A stretch of DNA of 64,000 nt from Tubulanus polymorphus (lineage: Eukaryota > Animalia > Nemertea), in NCBI RefSeq assembly GCF_964204645.1, contig NC_134027.1, positions 1,116,001-1,180,000 on the forward strand, in the 5' to 3' direction. The position numbers and the translations under genes were made by a program. Numbering within the stretch: the first letter of the stretch is position 1; every line of letters begins with the position of its first letter. Below the pieces are notes generated by a model. It was not told the DNA's origin and searched no databases. It saw only the letters and a list, made by a program, of their open reading frames with translations. This document shows, one piece after another, positions 1 through 12,580 of the stretch.

Positions 1-2509
1 TATGAGTCTGGGTACAATTAATTTGAGCCTGGCAGTTCGGGGGTGGTCCATCGCAGTGTGTTGTCGTTTTTGAAGGTTATTTTATGATTATTATCAGCTA
101 GTTTCGCTAACGTATCCTCACTTTTGTCACGTATTGACGACGTGATGGTGCAAATAATTTCTTTGATTTTTCAGATAATAAACATCCATTGTCGGTTTCT
201 CGATAGACAAGCGAGGAATGCATCTAAATCCATTAGCAGAAAAAAGCGACATTGAGTCTGCTATTATTTTGAAAAAACGCTGATTTTCACGGTGAATTTT
301 GTAATAACTTTGTAATTCAGTAGCAACTTTATTTCGCAGTTGAATTTCACAAACAAAATTATAAAGGACCCGATTATAAGTGTGTTATGCATGTTGTAAT
401 GGATTGAGACTAAAGCTTCAGCCTAGGTTTCAAACTCAAATGCCCACTGATTAAGTTCTAACCGCCACGGTTACCTTTTTGCTACCCTTGTTTCAAACTG
501 CTCTTGCATATTAAATCAGTTTTGAAAATGGCTCTTAAAATATTGAGTCTAAACGTCACTTCTCTTTTGGTTTTGAAAATGGTTAATAAAATTGAGTCAA
601 AATGTCAGATCTTAGATTTTCCTAAAAATTGTTGGCTTTTCTACACAATAAGCATTGCTGATATTGATATAGATTTGTCGGTACATAAAAAAAGCATCTC
701 TACACTTTCGCTTCTTTTGTGATGAAATCGATTTGGAACTAAATTTGGCTCCGTTTCACTTGTACGTTCATACCGGTTCGAAAGTATTCTCGAAAAGGGA
801 AATCTTGTAACGTCGATTCTTTAAGCGTCTGATCATGTTATCGCTTGTAGCGGTTTTAATGTCGCGAGTCCGTTCGGGATAAAGTAGTTTAGAAGATCAG
901 CCGTGGTTCGCCTGATGGTCATATTTTGAAGAGTGATTTTTTACCGTAGATATAGTAGAAAGTCAAATGCCGGAAAAAAAATCCACAAACGAGAATATAT
1001 TTATTGACTTTTTTCTCGCATTCGGTTTTCTACATTGAGATAAAAACGTCACGAACAGTGAGCAGTGGTTTTACCTCTAAATCCTGTCATCAGCTGTCAC
1101 ACTGATAGAAAATAAACTAGATATTCATCAACTTGTGGTATCGTACTTTGTCCACAAACTCAGAGGAAAGCACGAAGACCCAGTTCAGGACTTTACCGAC
1201 AACACTGTTGATCTTGCTTCAGTCCTAAGATAAGTTTTTCGACGTTAATTCAATTCTATTCGACTTCTATGACGCTGATATTTTGTATCGATGGTTTACT
1301 CGGGTCAAGGTCGTCGCCTTCACACATCCGGGACTCTATAATGGTCGGTCGTTTCGCGATCGATTTCGACGAAAAGAATTTCTACATGAAAATGAAATGA
1401 ATGAAAAAATGTTGCGTCGCTTTTGATTTTGCGAGAACGTGTATCTATCATTTAGCCGCCGAAACGGCTGGGCGGAAGTCAGGACGCGGCGGAACCGTCT
1501 TCCGAACGGGATCAAATCATCCATAACCGCTACTTAAACATTGTCCGCTCCGGAACAGACATTACCGGTCTGTTTTCAGCGACCAATAGACGGGCAACCA
1601 AGCCTGCCGAGCCGCGATTGAAGCGGGCCACCGTGGGGCATGACTTTGAAAAGATTTCCTTCATTTGCTGGCTGTAGTTTTACAACTGTCGCCCTAAATG
1701 AATGCGCTAATTGGAAAATATACGGCTACGGATCACTGCTTGATCGTGTATCTAAATACGGCTTGTCTTCGCTTGTGTAATGCGCCACCAAACAAATCTA
1801 CTGTGTTTATAAGTTGAATGAAAACATCGAAATCGCATTAGATCGTTTGAATGGACCGAACACCGTGTGCGTGCCTGCGTGTGCGCGCGCAAATGCATCA
1901 AAATTCAAATCGCAGGAAACGGTCGCAGGCTCGCAAAGAACAGGAAGCCTTTAACGACGCTGAGTCCCTGGCGTCAGGTCTACGCGTATTTGATAAAATG
2001 CAAATGAATTTTTAGCCCGATCCATAAACGCGGTAATTAAACTGACAAGGCGAAACAACATCGAACGAGAGACCGTCATCGTTATACAAGTAATCACTAC
2101 TGCGAATGTGTCGTAATGAAAAACTACTTTCGCGCTAATTTCTGAGCCAAAACATGAACATAAAAAGTCGTTATACTACCAGAACGCGATAAATCGCGAC
2201 ACCCGACGCAGCTCGTAATGCGAGTTTTGTTGTCGTATTGTTTAACGTATAAAGCCGATTGTAGATTAAGTCTTTGTATACGATGAATTTTGCACAGTAT
2301 CGTCGTAGATTTACAAGAACACATAATTCTATTGCTTACTGCCCCCGCACTACATACAACTACATTCATTTCGTCATTAATGATAGGTGTTATTATGCAC
2401 GGTACAAATTTAATGAATGGTGATGCGGAGAGACAATAAATTCTAGTTGTTGCAACCGGATTTTTTTAAAGGCAAAAATGAAAGCTTAATTGTGTTGCAA
2501 ACCGTACTA

Positions 2510-2870
2510 CCGTGGAACTGGGTCCGGAGTAAAATCAAACCTACACAACTGTGGAACTGGGTCCGGAGTAAAATCAAACCTACACAACTGTGGAACTGTA
2601 TCCAGGGTAAGATCAAAACCTTCACAACTGTGGAACTGGGTCCAGAGTAAGATAAAACCTTCACAACTTACTGTGGAATTGGGTCCAGAGTAAAATCAAA
2701 CCCATCTTTAGCTGTTGAACTGGTTCCGAGTCTCGCACAGAACGGTAGAACTAGAATCAAAGTGAACTGTGAAACTTGGTTCAGGGTCAAATCAAACCCA
2801 TCTTCATTAGTGGAACTGGGTTCAGAGTCCCGCACAGAACTGTAGAACTGGGTTCAAATTAAACCGGGCA
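2510..2870. repeat. 39-bp minisatellite (CTGTGGAACTGGGTCCGGAGTAAAATCAAACCTACACAA), degenerating rightwards
   Basis: Tandem units are visible directly. Same family as 40505-41110. Confidence 0.9.
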
Positions 2871-3840
2871 TCCACACAGTCGGCTACGGCGTCGAAATGC
2901 TGCATATTTCGATACTAACACGAAAACAAGATGTTCCTCGTGAACAAATGACATCGTTAATCTTGTTAGTTTCGGTGACACACGAGACCGCGCATATCTA
3001 TCTGTCCGCTCCGGTTTTGTCTGTGTTAATCATCCCGATCTACGATCTTGATTCCGAGTATTTTACCTCGGTTCTCGGCCCGCGACAGACGTAAGTCTTC
3101 ACGACCGCGCATATTGGAGGCTAGATTTTCCATTGAAGCTCAATCAGGGAAATGTACCGAACGCGAGTTTTTTGACAGGCATGTTTTATGCATGTCCAGC
3201 TCAATCAGATTAGTGAAAGTGCATTTATCCATACGAAAACGTTTTCTTTTTCCGCCCTTAATCTAACCGTGTTTGTCTACGGAATGGGTGTCAACTCAGA
3301 ATAGGTCGCTAGTTCATTTCTGGTACGCAGAAAGCGTCGGGGATTGCGCGAGGATTACTGATCCATTATACAGATGGAACTGGGAGCTTAGCGTCCAACC
3401 GACTCGACCGCACTCCGTATTCACTAAACGGAATCCGACAATTTGTTTATGAGGGATTCAGGGATTTCTGTTCCGCAGACGATTTTGATTCACATGATTT
3501 ACTCAGAGTCCTGTTAATTCTGTAAATTAGATAGATTGACCGCGCATTGGCGTTCGCATCAACCCTAGATACTAACCTAACCTTAGACTAGCTTTAAAGC
3601 TCTTCGTCCATCACCAAAACTATAACTATAAAGGGATCTAATATGCCTTTGGTTCGACCTCCTTTTCGTCATTTATCAAAACTCACCAAAGAGTTTCAGA
3701 AAAAAACTAACTCTACCAAGAAGTCATCTCCTCTAAGATGTGTAGCTCTTTACTCTACCAAAAGGCATTTACAGACCAAAAATTGTTAAATGAATCCAGC
3801 GCCGGACGCCCATCCATGATGCCTGCCGTAATATCCACAA

Positions 3841-3912
3841 TCCTAGCCAAGACTCGAACCTGGGACCTTTAGCATGTCAGGCGAGCATGCTTACCACCAG
3901 ACAGTAGACCAG
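3841..3912 (-). mobile_element. tRNA-Val-derived SINE head or tRNA pseudogene
   Basis: Minus strand GGTCTACTGTCTGGTGGTAAGCATGCTCGCCTGACATGCTAAAGGTCCCAGGTTCGAGTCTTGGCTAGGA is collinear with eukaryotic tRNA-Val. A- and B-boxes are present; the acceptor stem is disrupted. Confidence 0.7.
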
Positions 3913-4504
3913 TCTGTGCTGTGAAGTGACCCATTTAGAATATGTGGTGACCAGTTTAGACCTGGTGACTCTATGTCACCCATCTATCATTCCTCGATTG
4001 CAATAGTTTCTAATCGGGTCCTATCAGGAATTTTCAGCATGTCCTCTAGCTCGAACGAAAGAGGTATTGGTTTTAAGGGGTTTCACAAGGTAGAGTGCTT
4101 GAAATCGGATCTATGCCTACGCAATTGGGCCATGCTCTTTCTAAGTAGAGCAATTCTCCTAGAAAATGGATGAAAAGTGTAACAAATTTTTAACTAATTA
4201 TTCCGAAGTGTTACACTGATAATCGTGTTTAGAACGTGTTTGTGTTTGTAATTAGTCTGGTTTTTGTCAACGCGCGGCGCGGCGGCGTCTGCTACAGCCT
4301 CGTTATCGATAGTTGCGAGGGTAATTCCCGCGAATAAAGGCTAACAATCCTCGTCTGCGGCGATGATTCGAGAAACAAACACTCCGATGTTTATATATCG
4401 AGGTCCGATGAAGCCATCAATAACGGAATAAATCAGACTGATTGTGAGAACTTGTAGAATACGATGACACTCAAGTTTTTTTCAGAAATTGATAAAACGG
4501 CGAC

Positions 4505-4581
4505 GAACACAGTCAACAGAACACAAGAAATAGTTTATAATATATATCAGAATTTTAATAAATACACTTCATTGGTTTAAT
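4505..4581 (-). terminator. Putative Irx polyadenylation region
   Basis: Minus-strand ATTAAA at 4581-4576 and 4559-4554, followed by a GU-rich downstream element (TTTCTTGTGTTCTGTTGACTGTGTTC). Preceded by AT-rich, UTR-like sequence. Confidence 0.45.
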
Positions 4582-5645
4582 ATGTACCAGAGTTTCAGAG
4601 ATGATACAGAGAAAGAGGGGAGAAGAGAGAGAGAGAGTAGGAAAGAGCGACCTTTCATATAGATTTACATAACACATATAAGAGCCATGATAATCGATAA
4701 TTTATATACCTTTTTAGTAGCTTTTTTACATATAATTATCATAAACGTTTTGTTTTTTGAAATTTGTTTAATTAAATTAGGTAAGAAAATGTAGGATTTA
4801 ATATTTTTTGAAATTCTGTACAATTCTATAGACATGCACCATTTATTCCTATACATATTCCATCGCGATCTCCCTGCAAAAATATGTAGTTTCCTTCTCA
4901 CTGCGCGCGCAGATAATTCTATTTTCGGAATTTGATTTTGGACGAAAAGACGGCGGCGGCCTTCTACGTGAAGCGCCGTACCTTGAAGGGATTTGAGTAC
5001 ATGACCCAGATCCACAATTCCCGGTTAAGATTTGACTTTATGTTTAAAACAATTGAAATAATCTATAATTTTTCTTAACGGAATATTGTAGACCTGGAAT
5101 CCTCATAAACCTCGGATTTGACAGACAATAAATACAAGGTGCAAGGGTAGAGCTGAATTACATTTTTAGAGTCAAATACCTTTGGAAAATTGACAAAAAT
5201 ACACAATAGGTTTCATGATATCACTTATAAACTTTGGTCCCCTGAACATGAAAGGTATCCATGATACATACAATTTTCATATAAATAGCTCAGTAGCATA
5301 AGTCTTTATTCGCCCAGTATGGTCGTCGCATTCAAATAAATTAAAGTAATTTAGCACAGTACCAGGATTTCCCTGTAGACGTAGACACAGAGAATTGAAG
5401 GTTGCACAGTGTACGCCAGAAGTCAGTTGCTCGAAATTTGGTTAAAACTAGCCGAGAAATTCCATGGTAAAAATTAGATTGGATTTGCAATGTACAACGG
5501 TATGAGCTGGTTAACTCTAACTAATTGAGCAACTAACCCCGACAAAATAACTCCAAAAGTTTCAATAGTCTACTTAAAACATTGTCTTGAATCTCAAAAT
5601 GCTTATAGTTTGTTGTACAATAAAATGTGCAAAACTTCACAAGAA

Positions 5646-5753
5646 CCGGTTCCGCAGTTTGTTGATTAAATTTGACTCGAAAGTTTAAATAAGTTCATTT
5701 TAAATGTTCTTAATCTGAAGTCAAATATTAGGGATTGTGTGAAACTGGGTTCT
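5646..5753. mobile_element. Degenerate MITE, family A
   Basis: Termini CCGGTTCCGCAG...GTGAAACTGGGTTC; reverse-complement copy of the AAAATGAAC core. Confidence 0.55.
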
Positions 5754-6491
5754 TGGACTCTGGAATCTTCACCAGACTCCACAATTCAAAAAACGACTAT
5801 TTTGTTTATTTACTGCATTTCGAAAAAAATATCTCCGCTGTTGCTGCGTTCTGAATAATGATGTTGGTTTTGTTATCGGTTTGAAAATATGCGGGACGTC
5901 GCCAACGAAACAATTATGTTCAAGTGTTTTTGTAAAAGACTCTCACGCCTCTAATCCATACCCATCATTCACAGACTCTCTCCGACAGGGGCTACAGCAC
6001 AATGAAGATATACATCATTTCATGAACTACGATCGCAATCTTCGACGTCAAAACATAAAAACTTTCATCACATGAGAAAAACATCGGCGAACAACTGTTC
6101 GAATATAATCTCTATTCGTTATCGTAAATGTTGATTATAGAATTATGAGATATAGATTTAGTCCCACTGCACCGAAATATTGTTATGTATCATATCTGAT
6201 ATTATTGCGGTAGTTTTGAGGCTTTACAGGAATTATCTGTAATAATACACAACTAACAACAGCTGCGCGTGAACCGACAACGAACTCGGGTCAGACTGTT
6301 CGATTGCATTCCAGCGATTTGATCGGTTTTACGTGATTCGTGTAGGCTTCGGTAGCCTTGACCTTTGCGAGAAGGACCAATCAGGGCGCTTTACGCGACG
6401 CACGTGACGTAGAAAATGTCCAGCGTACAAGTTCCGGGTTGCGCTGCGGTCTGCGAACTTCGGTTTTTACTCAGAACCATTTTTCCTTCTT

Positions 6492-6511
6492 CTATCTGGT
6501 CGATTGTATTG
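6492..6511 (-). CDS. irx: Tentative last Irx coding exon (SIQSTR-stop)
   Basis: Strong acceptor TTTCTATATTTTGTAG, phase-1 compatible, stop TAG at 6494-6492. Other acceptors (for example exon start 7750) cannot be excluded. Confidence 0.45.
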
Positions 6512-7544
6512 CTACAAAATATAGAAATTTATTCTCGAATTAAAAACAACATCATGAAAATATCGTGACACTAAAAACTTGAAGCTTGAAATCACAATAT
6601 CCGTGATGTATTTATAAAACGTAAAATTCCCACAAGAAACAGGCCAAGAACACGTAAAATATCCAAGAATATGTCAATCCAACTTTTGAGCTGAAACAAC
6701 TACTTCTAAAAGGAGCAATTATCTATATATCAGTTACCTTTCGAGCTAAGTAACTTTGAGAAATATGGTTTGATCTAACTCATAAAAGGCTGTTTGCAAA
6801 ACGAATACAACTGACAAAGACTATGAGAATGTTATTAGATTCTATGTTTCAATAACCTTTTAACTCAATTTACAATGTCGAATTTTTACATCATAAAAAT
6901 GATTTTCGAGCTTTGATTGCTTGTTGTCTATAGTTGTTATAAGGCAGAAAGAGGATGTTTTGTATAGAGATAAATCCCTATTGGTGGGAATCGTACATCT
7001 GTTACACTGCGGGAATCAGATAGCGTTCGTGTGTCTGTGTGGAAGGATTTCTAAATTTTATCCATTAAACTGCTGCCAGGATCTCGACGCATTCGAACAC
7101 GTCCTGTGTCGTAAGCCCCCGAGATTAATACGATATGATTACACCAGGTTAGACAAGTGCAAATTGAAAATTGTATTCGAAATCGGCGGTTGGTTAGATA
7201 GCACTTGTTTTCTCGTACTATCTCGCTATTTCACGCCGCGTTCTCGTACGGCCAGACGAGGGGAGATTGACGATGTAACGGTCGGGTTCAACAGCACGGT
7301 GCCTATCTATGTAAACACTATATCTATATACTACAAGTTTAATCGTGTTTAAGTTCGAAATTTTGATAACGAATTTGTTAGTGAAACAGTTGGAGATGTT
7401 AAACACGGTAATAATAGGAAACCCCACAACGAATTCAAACAGATCTTCACTCAAACTTTTCAACTAAAGTTTCTTTTTGCGTTCACTTCATGTGGGTCAG
7501 AATTTTTCATAAAGGGCTCCATTTTACCGGAGATATACGACCCA

Positions 7545-7681
7545 AGGCCCACTGAAGTCTAAATCGTAAGATGGCTTAAGACAAGTCTAAGCTCGTTTTG
7601 GTTCTATAACAAATCTAACATGACCAGCCTTTGATTTAAGACCGCCACTGGACTCAAGTTATGACTATGCGCGACTGGGTC
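7545..7681. mobile_element. MITE, family B
   Basis: GGTTCTATAAC-AATCTAACA core, TTAAGAC subrepeats, right end ACTGGGTC followed by CAG. Confidence 0.6.
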
Positions 7682-8162
7682 CAGATATAACCGGAGAATG
7701 ATGAAGGGAAAGCGGCGAGGCAAAGAACGGACTGTAGCCGCAGACGAGATCTATAAAAGCAATGAGTATAATGAAATATCAGTTACGGCTCTGTGCGGCT
7801 GTAGTTTATATATCGCTGGCAGCAATGACAGACTTTAGTGAATGGATGAACGCTGGTTGTCTAATCAGTTTCTGATGGTCCCCAGAGACTTTAGTGACTC
7901 TGATCAGCTCCGGTGGCAAATAAGTGCCAAGTGACACTCGTAAAATGGATGACCCAAACCTCCTGGTGGAATTATTTTCAATAAGTCTAATGAATCTCCG
8001 GGTGAAGATTGCTGTGACGCGAGCTGTCTGGTTAAATCGTCATTCGTTTTTTTCCCCGGGACGCAAAATGGCAGATAAATCGACAACATTCGCGCGCGAA
8101 TTAAACTCGAATTTGATGATGGATTTTGTTAAGGAGATTGCAGCGGAAAGAAAAACACTTAC

Positions 8163-8264
8163 ATTTGTCGATTGGTCGGAATGCGGTACTGATACCAAAT
8201 GCGGGATGCACCAAATTTTCTGATGGTTTGAATCCGTTGCTGACGGCCACCCGGGAATCAGCAC
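8163..8264 (-). CDS. irx: Irx exon 6 (GADSRVAVSNGFKPSENLVHPAFGISTAFRPIDK)
   Basis: Acceptor TTTATTTTCTAAATTTCAG and donor T|GTAAGT; 102 nt, phase 1/1, open in frame. TAFRPI resembles the (S/T)AFxP motif near Irx C-termini. Confidence 0.8.
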
Positions 8265-8645
8265 CTGAAATTTAGAAAATAAATTATTCAAATTATGATT
8301 TAAATTTCAGAACAAAATATTAAGCAAAATCATCAGATCGGGTCCTGATTAACGGGAATTTCTATCTCAAAATGTTTCCAGAAGATCTTCTAAACTTATC
8401 AGCATCATTCAGGGCATTTATTACATTTTTGCTGATCTAATTTTTGTACAGCGACACAGTTAAAATGAATTAATTTTCAACTATTTTCTAAAGGAGCAAC
8501 CATTTCACGGTTAAGATCTGACTCAGACTTAACTAATTGAAAATGAACTAGATATAATTCTGGACACTGGACTAAGTTTTACAGCGACAGCTTCGTAATG
8601 AGTTTGCTATAGTTTTTCTAAGAAATGAAAAGACTGTATTCGTAC

Positions 8646-9176
8646 CTGAAGTAGTAATGAACGCTCCGTTGTGAGTTAACGTCGTTCTGTGATGGTCTTC
8701 AGGAAGACTGGGAATACTGTGTTTCCCCGAGGACGCGTAGGGCATTGCATTAAGACCGTAACGTGCGAATCCGGCCGGATATCCGGGGTAAATAGCCGCT
8801 TTACTCCACATGGAACTAGTGTCTAACGAGGCGGCAGAAATCGGTACAGGATGAGTGCAGTTAGCCCGGCTAGCGGTCGGTACTGCCGAGAACCCTATCG
8901 GCGATCGTCTGCCCATAGGGGGCGTTTTAGAGGTCGCAGTGTCCGCTAGTGACCATATCTTCGGTTTACTAGTGACTAGTTTATCGGAGTTAGTTTCGGA
9001 ATCGTTTGATGTGGAACCACATTTTACAATGTCTATGTGATTAGAATGATTCGAGTCCGAATTCAGAACGGGAGAATGCGATGGATGTTCAGAATCGGGA
9101 GAATTTACGCGGGAATTTCCACCGTGACCCAGCTGTTTCAGGTCGCCATCTTGTTGTTGGTCGCCTAAACGAGAAC
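8646..9176 (-). CDS. irx: Irx exon 5 containing the IRO box (KPKIWSLADTAT, 8932-8967)
   Basis: Acceptor TTGTATCTTACAG and donor G|GTACGA; 531 nt, phase 1/1, in frame with exon 4. IRO box KPKIWSLA is diagnostic of Irx. Confidence 0.95.
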
Positions 9177-10389
9177 CTGTAAGATACAATAGATGAAAAA
9201 GACATATTAATGAAATGCTTTAAATTTGGGAAAAGGTTTTTTCAAGGAGTTGCTAAAAAAATATGGTAACGTGGAAAAATGATTCAACAAAAACTAGTTT
9301 TTTTTTAAGATTTGATTTCTTTCGAAAAAGTGAAAAGAATTCAAAAAGCAATTTTTTCCATATTTTCTATACAAATAACAAAAATATGGGCCGAGCTCAA
9401 CGTGGCTGCAGGTTCCAACTGCGGTAAGTGAATAGTGGCGTATCTCGTTTCTAACTGCGGCAAGTGAGCATTCAACCCGGTTATTTCCAGGCGATTTGTT
9501 TCGCTCTTGTTCGTTCTTGACATATCATTATCGACGACTGGAATCTTAATTGATTTTTGTTTAACGCTCTCTTTCATCGCGCATCGTCTGCCATTTATTC
9601 AACGGATTATAGATTTCTACTGCGCCAACACGCAGAAGATGATAATCCTAGTGTTCGGCTCTCACCAGTCCTGAAAGCCCCGCATCTCGAGTCTTGTCGC
9701 GAGGCTCAGTTGTGTTCGGCGTAAAAGCGCCTGTTTCGAGCTGATAATGGCGGCTAACTCGTCAGTAAATATGGCCTTGTGATCCTACATGCAAATTACA
9801 ACTTAAATATCGTATTGGCGGCGTTGGCTTTGTCTCCACAAATGGCAGAGTGATTAGTTCTTCCTTTGAAGCTTTCGTTCCCGGATCGAATCGGTAATAA
9901 GCACGATGGGGCTATTCGCGATAGGACGCGAATTAGAATCAAATTTAATAATGATTAATTCCTATGTTTTCTGTTTAGCGCCACGTTTGTTTATACTCTG
10001 TTCTATACGAATTGTTTGCTGCTCCTCTAGACCAAACTGTATCAATATCGATATCAAATAAGAACAGACAGCACCGACCAGACCGATAGGTTTATTCCGA
10101 ACTTTTGGTTGTCTCGTTAAACTTAAAAGAGCAAATTTACAGTAACCAAATCGTGCGAGTTTATTTACATATTTACGTAAACAAAGATTCGTTACAATAT
10201 CTTCAAACAGTTCTGGACAGTGTTAGAATATGTTGAATGGGCCCCATTTCAAATTCTTTCGTTAAAGCGCCTCAGTTTATGGTTCAAAAACACTGACCCA
10301 AAAATGTCTTCGATTGAAAAATTCCTGAATCCAAAGAATTTAAAATTTAGATAGTTAAACACGTCCTAAGATTATTTAACTATAGAAAT

Positions 10390-10510
10390 GAATTTAGACT
10401 GGCCTTAAGTTGTTAGATAATAGCCTTAGAACCAAAATAAGCTTTTCCTGGATGCGAGCTGTTAGATTGGCTAAAGATCCGAAATGAGCTAAGACTGGTC
10501 TAAGCCACTG
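10390..10510. mobile_element. MITE family B fragments
   Basis: Reverse-complement copies of the family B core (TTAAGTTGTTAGAT...AGAACCAAAAT, AGACTGGTCTAAG). Confidence 0.55.
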
Positions 10511-12179
10511 CGATCGATGCCACCAGGATCAGTCTCTGATCGAGGAGTGAATGACCTGCCCCGCCTCATCCTGCTTGTCATCGCATCGAATAAAGAAAAA
10601 AGAATCTAATTTCTGACGATCGCCATTTAATGTTCTCCCATCGTGAAATCATCGACGCCAATGTTCAACACGCCTGCACGAGTTATTATTATTGATTAGG
10701 GAATTATGAATCGTCTGTAACTACCGCCAATTCAGCGTCTATTATACGCTGGAATTAGGTAAAGAGAGAGTTAATTAGGGATCTATTCTGGCGAATTAAT
10801 GGCCTCTTCTGTCGAGTCTGATACATGACCGGTTATCAGCGCGCTTCCATGACAACTATTTCGCGACGATAAGGACCGGTACGGTCTCGTTGAAAGACGG
10901 ACGCTTATTACGAATCTTTTATCCAGACGTGTTGTATGTATACGGTGAGTATCTGCTCCCTTTGACTGAGATCTATTCGCCTTTTGATGCCACGAAAGTG
11001 CATTTATTTACACAGTTACGAAATGGTTTTTCAATAATACCAAAACCCATTTCTGTTTCGGCACGAACCGCTGCCAGTCGAAGCCACGAATGATAAATAA
11101 AGTTGATAAATAAACTCTTCGGACAAAAGGTTCACAGTTGAACCTTTCCCAAATCAATTCAATGATACTATAATGAAATCCATTATCGTAAATGACATGG
11201 GAAAATACTTCGCAAATTGTGGTATTAAGATATTCATTTTTTTTTCAGCGGAGAAAACGTGTGTCTAGGCTGGAAACAAGTTTCCCAACCTGTCGCCACT
11301 AAACAGTAATGTAACGCATATTCATTTCGGTGATAATATTGCAATTAATAACCGCTGACATGACACAATGAATAGAAAATAAGACTTGTTTTGTTTTTCG
11401 GAGACTAACATCAGGAGGGAAAATCGCTCTTTACAAGTGTTTTGTATCCATAGGACACACGGTATATGTAAGGGACATGATATGAATTATGGCCTTTACG
11501 AAGAATGTTCCCAATAATGATTTATAATCATGGGAAAAATTAACTAACAACAAAGTGTCATCCACGACAAACCGAACAGAGTTTCGTGTCAAACAAGACA
11601 AACCAATCGGAACAAAATGTTTTTAGTTGAGAAAAGAGACTCTTAGATCTCAAGACCTATACCCCACGTTGAGATGCGCGGATTGCAGCCCAAATTGCTC
11701 GTTAATCCTAGGCATCTTATAGGGTTCGAATCCCATATAGACGCCAGTGTTTTCTACGTGCAAACGCCATTTAATTGTGTATGCCCAGATGGAGTCAGCA
11801 CATTTTTTTCAAAACTATTTTAACTCGAAACACATTCATTAAAATGCATGTACGCCTTTATGAAATATTAAATTGTCACAAGTGTTGAGAAATGGAATTA
11901 CCATTTTATTCCAAGTAGTCGACAGTGCGAAAAAAAACAGATGAATATCAATGTGTGAAACATAGGCAAAGAAAAGTCCCGAACGAGCGCAAAATGTTGT
12001 ATTCCGTCTGAGCAAACAAGTGTACATTATTGCAAGGCTTGAATTACACAAATGTATATTTATGAACAGAGAATACATCATAATTCGAAAGCTTATTTGC
12101 ATATATGCAAATTAAGTCGTTGTATACGACGGTCGTGAGTGTTTGATTAAGAGAAAAAATTCGACGTTATGATGAATGC

Positions 12180-12580
12180 GGTTTCTATCAACTTGAAACT
12201 TTACAACTGTTGCACTAGGCGAAAATAACATTCATAGCTGAATAAACATCCATAATTTAAACATTAAATTGTTCACTTAGCATTTCATAAAAAAATATAT
12301 CTATTTTTCCCCATAATCGAAAACCGTAACTGAACTAACTATCAAAATGAATACTTTCCCTTTAACTGATGATGATTTTTGTTTTAGTTCCAATTCTCAT
12401 CGAATTTCAGTAACATTTTATCCCTTTTTTTACGAATTAAAAAAGTTGCTGTTGTGGTTTCGATGTACTTGAAATTTACAACTGTTGCACTAGTCGCAAG
12501 TAAACATACACCATCCCTATAGTTGAATAAACGAATATTCATAATCAAACATTGAAAATCTCAAATTGCATTTCATAATG
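12180..12580. repeat. Diverged direct duplication, about 280-bp period
   Basis: TTTACAACTGTTGCACTAG...TGAATAAAC...GCATTTCATAA occurs at about 12200 and again at about 12475. Confidence 0.7.

Noticed and set aside
3841-3912. Functional tRNA-Val(GAC) gene
   Set aside because: The acceptor and D stems are disrupted, there is no adjacent poly-T terminator, and GAC is an atypical eukaryotic Val anticodon.
4665-5015. 116-aa minus-strand ORF as the last Irx exon
   Set aside because: AT-rich, UTR-like composition and no Irx similarity.
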